From NCBI GenBank assembly GCA_964450605.1, contig CAYVEK010000003.1, positions 32,778-96,777 on the forward strand: a stretch of DNA of 64,000 bases, in the 5' to 3' direction. This DNA is from an uncultured Candidatus Saccharibacteria bacterium (GTDB taxonomy: Bacteria; Patescibacteriota; Minisyncoccia; Phycocordibacterales; CAIZLB01). The notes beneath the pieces are model-generated. The model did no database searches and had not been told where the DNA came from. It saw nothing but the letters and a program-made list of their open reading frames with translations. How positions within the stretch are numbered: position 1 is the stretch's first letter; each line of letters opens with the position of its first letter. Shown here piece after piece: positions 58,431 to 64,000 of this stretch. The translations under genes were made by a program, and so were the position numbers.

Positions 58431-59494
58431 ATATAGGTATAATAGTATTAATGCTACAAAAAACACTCATGCGTATATTTGCATTTGCGTTTTTTGTACT
58501 TGCCACAATGTACTCTTTTAGTTTTGTACAAGCACAATCAACCCAAGATTTTGTTGGACCAAATGGTATTAAAGAAATAAAAGAAAAAGTATACTACGAA
58601 GTTCTTCCAACCAAACCACGAGTAGGAGACACTGTAGACATAAGTACCGAGATGTATGGTACACCTGTAAAAGACGCTTATTTTACTTGGTATATTGATG
58701 GTAAGGAATACGAAAAGGGTATAGGAAGAAGCAAGATATCTTTCTATTTGTCAAAAAAAACAAATGTTTCTGTTAAAATTATCACAGGACCTGGATATCC
58801 AGCCGAAAACAGCTGGACTTTTAATCCACAAAACACCGTTATTATATGGGAAGCAAACACTTATACACCACCTTTCTATAAAGGAAAGTCTTTATACACA
58901 GCTGAGTCAGGTCTTATTTTAAATGCTATAAATCTAAGTGCCAAAAATCCTTTAACAAACACGTACAACAACTATATTTGGAAGGTTGATGGATCAGTAA
59001 AAGGGGACAACTCTGGTGTTGCTCAAAATACCTATCTGTATCAGGGAGATATTTTGATGCAGGAGCCTTATTTTGAGGTTATCATGCAGGGTGTTTCCGC
59101 GTACAGAAACGGCAAACAAGATCTAAGTGATGAAAGTTTAATAGATAGCAGTGCGGCAATACGAGTTCCAACACTTGAAACAACTGTTTTTACCTATGAA
59201 AACTCACCCCTTCTAGGTATATTATTTGATAAACAAGTAACAAACAACATATTTAGATTTAACAAAAGTGAAACCTCTCTTGTTGTATACCCAGGATATT
59301 TTAGTGTTCCATCGACTTTAAATATGGGTTATGAGTGGACTATAAACGATGACGTGGTAAAAAGAAACGTAAATTCTATAACCTTTAAGAAAATACGAGA
59401 TGATGAGCAGTCTCGTTTGTCTATAAGTCTTTCAAACCCAAAAGCTCTTCTGCAATCTAAAGATATTTCGTATATAATAGATACATCAAAATGA
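58415..59494 (+). CDS. Secreted hypothetical protein (T4SS-like cluster).
   Basis: Signal peptide (MRIFAFAFFVLATMYSFSFVQAQS); likely start at the Met near 58451. No motif recognised. Confidence 0.5.
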   Translation: MVKKLNIGIIVLMLQKTLMRIFAFAFFVLATMYSFSFVQAQSTQDFVGPNGIKEIKEKVYYEVLPTKPRVGDTVDISTEMYGTPVKDAYFTWYIDGKEYEKGIGRSKISFYLSKKTNVSVKIITGPGYPAENSWTFNPQNTVIIWEANTYTPPFYKGKSLYTAESGLILNAINLSAKNPLTNTYNNYIWKVDGSVKGDNSGVAQNTYLYQGDILMQEPYFEVIMQGVSAYRNGKQDLSDESLIDSSAAIRVPTLETTVFTYENSPLLGILFDKQVTNNIFRFNKSETSLVVYPGYFSVPSTLNMGYEWTINDDVVKRNVNSITFKKIRDDEQSRLSISLSNPKALLQSKDISYIIDTSK

Positions 59495-60624
59495 AAAAAG
59501 GTGTAATACATATATTTATAACAACTCTATTCTTGTTTAGTATCTTTGTTGTTGGACCAAAAACCCTAAAAGCTGAAGAAAAATCTATACTACAAACACT
59601 TTCAGGTGAACAAAAAACTTGTCGATATGTTAAAGACGGACTCTATAAACCTTTTTCAAACATAAGCACAGATTTTGTTTTATTTAAAGATGTTTTTAAT
59701 CTAAAAACAAAAGGAGGTAAAACAGAGTGTTTGGTGATTGCAGGAAGTACTGATCGGTTCTTGTTTATGATTTTTAGACTATTTATAGGATTCTCATCGG
59801 TTTTAGCTGTTGTTTATATAGCTATTGCAGGTATTGGACTTATAGTAGAAGAAGCAGACCCAAACAAGCGTATAAAAGCTCGCCAAATGCTTAAAAACGC
59901 CCTTATAGGACTACTTTTGTCTGTAGGCGCTTGGGTTATCTTATATACTGTAAACAATAAACTTACAGAGTTTTCACTAGATGAAACGATAGGAAAAACA
60001 GGCTTTGATAAGGTTATAGAACAAGGGGCAAAAAATGCTGCTAGAAATATAGCAATCGCAAACAGTGAAATTAAGCAAGGTAACGCCAATGGAGTAGGTG
60101 GTACAGGATCATTATTAACCACAGCGGGTGCTATAGATCAGAGAGCGGACAGTATTGAATTCGCAAGAACAGGAACCTTGGTAGAATCGAGAGATCCTAC
60201 AGTTCCAAACTATATTGAAAAATCATACACACCAACAACTATTGATGGAAAAACCTTTTACGTGGGAAAAGTTACAACCTTTGGAGGTGTTGGGGATATA
60301 AACACTAAATCATATGACAATCTTGCTATCGATGATAGTATGAGGGAGATTGATTTAAATCAAAATGACGAGTTCATCAGTGCACGTTGGGCATATAGTA
60401 TGGTTGGTAAAAATGATCTAAAAAGTTACGATGTTGAGGTTGCAAACCCTACAACAGGGAAGAGTATTATACTTAGAGCAAATAATGGTATAGCAGTTAA
60501 AGACTGGGGTCCTCATCCAAACGCAAACAGTAATGCTGATTACGATACAAGTAAAGCTGTTCTTGATAAGATCGGTGTGCCTGACGGCGGACAGATAGCT
60601 GTTAGATTAATACCTAAAAAATAG
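59491..60624 (+). CDS. Membrane-anchored RlpA-like (DPBB) domain protein: a putative T4SS-associated cell-wall hydrolase (VirB1/TcpG/PrgK analogue) with a VirB2-like two-helix hairpin.
   Basis: Signal peptide, a Cys pair, then a hydrophobic hairpin (FLFMIFRLFIGFSSVLAVVYIAIAGIGLIV ... LIGLLLSVGAWVILYTV). The C-terminus (GKVTTFGGVGD...ARWAYS...YDVEVANPTTGKSIILRANNGIAVKDWGP...D.SKAVLDKIG...GQIAV) resembles the RlpA double-psi beta-barrel. Confidence 0.5.
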   Translation: MKKGVIHIFITTLFLFSIFVVGPKTLKAEEKSILQTLSGEQKTCRYVKDGLYKPFSNISTDFVLFKDVFNLKTKGGKTECLVIAGSTDRFLFMIFRLFIGFSSVLAVVYIAIAGIGLIVEEADPNKRIKARQMLKNALIGLLLSVGAWVILYTVNNKLTEFSLDETIGKTGFDKVIEQGAKNAARNIAIANSEIKQGNANGVGGTGSLLTTAGAIDQRADSIEFARTGTLVESRDPTVPNYIEKSYTPTTIDGKTFYVGKVTTFGGVGDINTKSYDNLAIDDSMREIDLNQNDEFISARWAYSMVGKNDLKSYDVEVANPTTGKSIILRANNGIAVKDWGPHPNANSNADYDTSKAVLDKIGVPDGGQIAVRLIPKK

Positions 60625-60632
60625 TATTTATA

Positions 60633-62003
60633 ATGAATAAACCAAACCCTATAAAAAAAGTAATAATCATCCTTATCTTCCTTGTTATTGCTGTAGGTGT
60701 ATATTTTGGTGTTACTTTTTATAACGCTTCAAAAAAAGCATCTGATATTAAAGTAACTGACCCTAAAACAGGTAAAACCTCTTTTCAGCAGAGAACAGGT
60801 AGCTCTACAGATGAAAATTCACAGATAGGTTTTTATGTAGATGATAGGACTCCTATTAAACAAGACAACAGTTCATCCACAAACAATCTTCTTGTAAAAC
60901 AGAGACTTATACAGCTATGGAAAGAACCTGTTTCTGGTTTTGATTTTATAACAAAAGATATTGAGATAACCTCAACAACAACACTAAGTACATCAACAAA
61001 ACCATTATCTATAGACGAAAAAAAGACACCTGAACAACCTATTATATCTTACAAAAAAAGCATTCTTAAAAACCAAGAGTTTATATATTTTTGGGATAGA
61101 GCTTCTGGTCATATATATGAAAACCTATCTTCCTCAACAGATGTTTTTAAATTATCAAACTTTACATTACCCCGAATGGAAGAAGTGTTTTTCTTTAACA
61201 AAGATACCGTACTCGCACGAGGTGTATCATCTGATAATGAAACAATATATTCTAGACTATTAAAATTATACAAAGAAACAGCCACAAGTACTGTATTCAC
61301 AGCAAACGTATCAAATGTATCCTTTAGAACAAAACATGTTGCAGTACTACCAAGCCTGAACAAAGTTTTCCACATAATAGACAAGACTGGACGTGGTTTT
61401 ATATCAAACCCTGATGGAGCTCAACAAAGTCAAGTTTTATCAACTTCACTAACAGAGTGGCTATATCAGTATGTAAATAAAGACATTGTTGCCCTTACAA
61501 CAAAACCAAGTGCTTATTTTCCAGGATATTTATTCTTACTAAACACAAACGGAAAAGGGGATAATGAATACATTATAGGTGAGAAATATGGTTTTAATAC
61601 ACTTGTATCACCAGATGGAACAAAAGTTATATACAACGAGATCTTAAATGATCAGCTTGAGACAACTGTCTATAATATAAAAACAAAGAAAGCTGTTCGT
61701 TTAACACAATCAACTATTGTTGAAAAGTGCACATGGAACAAAGAATCAACGCTTATCTACTGTGCAATTCCTCAAAAACTAGCAAACGCACCTTATCCTG
61801 ATGATTGGTATCAAAACAAAACTGATTTTTCTGACAATGTTTGGTCTATAAAACCAGAAACAGGTGATTTTGATGTCATTATTCCTCTACAAGACCAGGT
61901 TTCAGTGCCTATAGATGTTCTAAGTATCAAAGTATCTGACACAAACAAATACCTATTATTCCAGGACAAGAAAACACTATCTCTTTGGAAATACGAACTT
62001 TAA
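60633..62003 (+). CDS. Membrane-anchored protein, possibly beta-propeller/TolB-like (T4SS-like cluster).
   Basis: N-terminal TM anchor (VIIILIFLVIAVGVYFGV) and an SPDGTKVIY-type repeat signature. Otherwise unknown. Confidence 0.45.
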   Translation: MNKPNPIKKVIIILIFLVIAVGVYFGVTFYNASKKASDIKVTDPKTGKTSFQQRTGSSTDENSQIGFYVDDRTPIKQDNSSSTNNLLVKQRLIQLWKEPVSGFDFITKDIEITSTTTLSTSTKPLSIDEKKTPEQPIISYKKSILKNQEFIYFWDRASGHIYENLSSSTDVFKLSNFTLPRMEEVFFFNKDTVLARGVSSDNETIYSRLLKLYKETATSTVFTANVSNVSFRTKHVAVLPSLNKVFHIIDKTGRGFISNPDGAQQSQVLSTSLTEWLYQYVNKDIVALTTKPSAYFPGYLFLLNTNGKGDNEYIIGEKYGFNTLVSPDGTKVIYNEILNDQLETTVYNIKTKKAVRLTQSTIVEKCTWNKESTLIYCAIPQKLANAPYPDDWYQNKTDFSDNVWSIKPETGDFDVIIPLQDQVSVPIDVLSIKVSDTNKYLLFQDKKTLSLWKYEL

Positions 62004-62006
62004 GAC

Positions 62007-62732
62007 CTATTTAACTAGTTGATCTTTGTATTTTCTTCTGAAATATAGCTCTTGACCAATCATAAAGATAGAACTTACTATCCAATACAGAGCAACTGAA
62101 GCAGAAACATTTAGAGCGGCTATAAATATAAGTGTGGGCATAAAAAACTTCATCAACACAGACATTTGTTTTTGCATCATTTGTTCTTGTGTTAGAGGTT
62201 TACCAGGCTCAGCTTTAACCTCCATATGATTCAAAGATAGTCGTATTTGTATATATTGAAATATAAAAGCCAGAACACCTATGGTAGTACTTGTTTTTAT
62301 AAAATCTATACCAAAAAGAATATGTTTAACTTCCGGTGTGTGAGATATAAAACTATACAAATCTGCTGTATTTATAGTAGGGAGACCTCCTCGAGAAAAC
62401 ACAAAGTACAGCGCAAAAACTATAGGGATCTGTATAAGTAGAAGTAGAATAGAAGAGAAAGGGTTTAGTTTATGTTCTCTGTATAATTCAAGCATTTTAA
62501 TACCCAATAACTGCCTGTTGTCTTTATATTCTTCTTGTATTTTACGTAGAAGAGGTTGTATCTTTCTTTGTGCTATTTGAGACAAAAACATCTTCTTTGA
62601 AAGAGGAAGGAGTATTATTTTTACAAGAATGGTTAGTATAACAACCGCAACAGCAACCTGTCCTCCAGGTATAGCTGATAATATAAACACCAACGCGTTG
62701 TACATTGGTTTATAGAATAGAAAATGGAACAT
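62007..62732 (-). CDS. yidC: Membrane protein insertase YidC (short form).
   Basis: Five TM helices, ILTILVKIILLPLS.K....Q...KIQP....IQEEYKDN.Q......ELYREHKLNPF, and a conserved position next to rnpA. Confidence 0.85.
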   Translation of the reverse strand: MFHFLFYKPMYNALVFILSAIPGGQVAVAVVILTILVKIILLPLSKKMFLSQIAQRKIQPLLRKIQEEYKDNRQLLGIKMLELYREHKLNPFSSILLLLIQIPIVFALYFVFSRGGLPTINTADLYSFISHTPEVKHILFGIDFIKTSTTIGVLAFIFQYIQIRLSLNHMEVKAEPGKPLTQEQMMQKQMSVLMKFFMPTLIFIAALNVSASVALYWIVSSIFMIGQELYFRRKYKDQLVK

Positions 62733-62735
62733 ATT

Positions 62736-62993
62736 TTATTTAATTAAATCTTCTTTAATTTTATTAACAATATTGTTAAATGATTCTTGAATCATATCAC
62801 GTTCAAGATTAAAAAACAGAGATTGTGTTGGGGGAGGAGTTGTTTTTAAAACCTCTTTAAGGGCATGGCGAGCTCTTCTTTTAACTCGGTTTCTCTCAAC
62901 AGCTGTTTTGAAGACTTTTTTCTTGGCAATAAAATAAAACCCAGGTTTTTGGCCAGGGGTTTTATTTTGTATCTTTTTCAATACGTAAAGCAT
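62736..62993 (-). CDS. rnpA: Ribonuclease P protein component.
   Basis: AKKKVFKTAVERNRVKRRARHALKEV (the RnpA A.RN..KR..R motif), located between rpmH and yidC. Confidence 0.8.
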   Translation of the reverse strand: MLYVLKKIQNKTPGQKPGFYFIAKKKVFKTAVERNRVKRRARHALKEVLKTTPPPTQSLFFNLERDMIQESFNNIVNKIKEDLIK

Positions 62994-63007
62994 AAGTATT
63001 CAAAAAA

Positions 63008-63145
63008 CTATACTGTAGAAAGGTTTTTTCGACCTTTTCGTCGTCGAGCTTGTAGAGTTCTTCGTCCTCCATGTGTTTTTGTTCGAGATAGGAAACCGTG
63101 AGTTCGGGCTCGCTTCTTTACTTTTGGGTTATATGTAAATGACAT
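63008..63145 (-). CDS. rpmH: 50S ribosomal protein L34.
   Basis: Manual translation: MSFTYNPKVKKRARTHGFLSRTKTHGGRRTLQARRRKGRKNLSTV, 45 aa. It is absent from the ORF track because it is under 60 aa. Confidence 0.9.
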   Translation of the reverse strand: MSFTYNPKVKKRARTHGFLSRTKTHGGRRTLQARRRKGRKNLSTV

Positions 63146-63263
63146 AATACATAACAATATACATTATTTCCTATAAAAAACAAGTATTTTAAACCCTCTA
63201 TTGGAAATAAAGGTCTTAAACCACCAAACCGCTCCCAAAACTACAATCCACCACTAAACTGAG

Positions 63264-63311
63264 TTATCCACAAGTGCCTAAACTTATCCACATAGATATA
63301 ATTTATCCACA
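63264..63311 (+). promoter_or_regulatory. Three perfect, evenly spaced DnaA boxes (TTATCCACA) at 63264-72, 63284-92 and 63303-11: the dnaA promoter/oriC region.
   Basis: Exact consensus 9-mers in direct orientation immediately upstream of dnaA and overlapping its ATG. An AT-rich stretch lies at 63140-63240, and the rnpA-rpmH|dnaA synteny fits. Confidence 0.8.
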
Positions 63312-64000
63312 TGGGAGACATTGTAACAATTTGGAAAAATATACTAGAAAAAATCAAAAAAGACGTTACTCCTTCTGCTTATAACGCCTGGCTCAAAGAC
63401 GCCCAAATAGACTCTTATAACGACGGGGTGGTTTATATAAACGTTAAAAACCCTTTTGCTAAAGATTGGATTCAAAATAAGTATGTAACAAAGATACTAA
63501 ACCTCTTCCGAGAAGCCAATTCTGATATTAAAAATGTTGAATATATCATAGCCCCAACCCAAAAAACCGATAAAAATAAAGCTGAAAACCCTATTCCAAC
63601 AGAGAAAACAGACCAAAAAACACAAAAAAACGAATTACCTTTGAAAGATCACTATATAGACCTGAACGATAACCTAAACCCTAAATATATATTTGAAACC
63701 TTTGTTGTAGGCTCTTTTAACGAGCTCGCTTATGCTTCAGCGCAGGCTGTTATTAAAAAACCGGCTGTATACAACCCTCTTTTCTTTCATGGAAGCACTG
63801 GGGTAGGGAAAACTCACCTTATGCAGGCTGTTGGAAACTATTATAAAAACACCTTACATAAGAAGGTTTACTATGTAACCTCTGAGAGATTTACAAATGA
63901 CTATATTTCTTCACTTCAAAACAACAAAGCCTCACATTTTAAGGAAAAATATCGAAAATACGACCTTTTAATCATGGATGATATCCAATTTCTCTCAAAT
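63311..64000 (+). CDS. dnaA: Chromosomal replication initiator DnaA, partial (runs off the right edge).
   Basis: Manual translation MGDIVTIWKNILEKIKKDV...NPLFFHGSTGVGKTHLMQAVGN (AAA+ Walker A), preceded by DnaA boxes. Confidence 0.9.
   Translation, partial: MGDIVTIWKNILEKIKKDVTPSAYNAWLKDAQIDSYNDGVVYINVKNPFAKDWIQNKYVTKILNLFREANSDIKNVEYIIAPTQKTDKNKAENPIPTEKTDQKTQKNELPLKDHYIDLNDNLNPKYIFETFVVGSFNELAYASAQAVIKKPAVYNPLFFHGSTGVGKTHLMQAVGNYYKNTLHKKVYYVTSERFTNDYISSLQNNKASHFKEKYRKYDLLIMDDIQFLSN

Noticed and set aside
1-64000. CRISPR arrays and IS elements/transposases.
   Set aside because: No regularly spaced short direct repeats and no transposase-like ORF were seen. The only repeat structures are the tRNA-His 22-mer duplication and the inverted repeats near the left edge.

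Overview
This 64 kb window reads as a low-GC (roughly 33-36% by eye) chromosome with small, tightly packed genes, typical of a reduced-genome CPR/Patescibacteria-like bacterium. By position it contains:

- **Housekeeping backbone.** str-operon genes rpsL-rpsG-fusA followed by rpsT; rpmB; pgk-tpiA; nusA; tig; clpP; hup; cca; xth; xerC/D; rpsO; pcrA/uvrD; ksgA.
- **Chromosomal origin at the right edge.** yidC-rnpA-rpmH on the minus strand, then three perfect TTATCCACA DnaA boxes, then dnaA.
- **Five tRNA genes.** Gly-UCC, Pro-UGG, Gly-GCC, Arg-UCG and His-GUG.
- **Split ComEC.** The ComEC membrane part and its MBL part are separate genes with a convergent sod gene between them.
- **Type IV pilus block.** pilB, an RRM protein gene, pilC, three prepilin-like genes and a 594-aa pilus-associated protein.
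- **Type-IV-secretion-like locus, ~49.5-62.0 kb.** A VirB4-family ATPase interrupted by one in-frame TAG, a VirB6-like polytopic membrane protein, a VirB3/PrgI-like small membrane protein, a membrane-anchored RlpA-like cell-wall hydrolase and several secreted or membrane-anchored unknowns. tRNA-His sits inside the locus with a 22-bp copy of its 3' end 113 bp downstream.
- **Other notable genes.** A 785-aa adenylate-kinase/unknown/HD-domain fusion; a 1477-aa coiled-coil protein with a 97-aa partner whose stop overlaps the pcrA start; a ComM-N-terminal-only protein.
- **GC-rich island at the left edge (~1-1240).** It carries two minus-strand ORFs and flanking perfect inverted repeats next to a TrmB-family regulator gene.

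No CRISPR array or obvious transposase was seen. All homology calls come from motif recognition by eye; no search was run.
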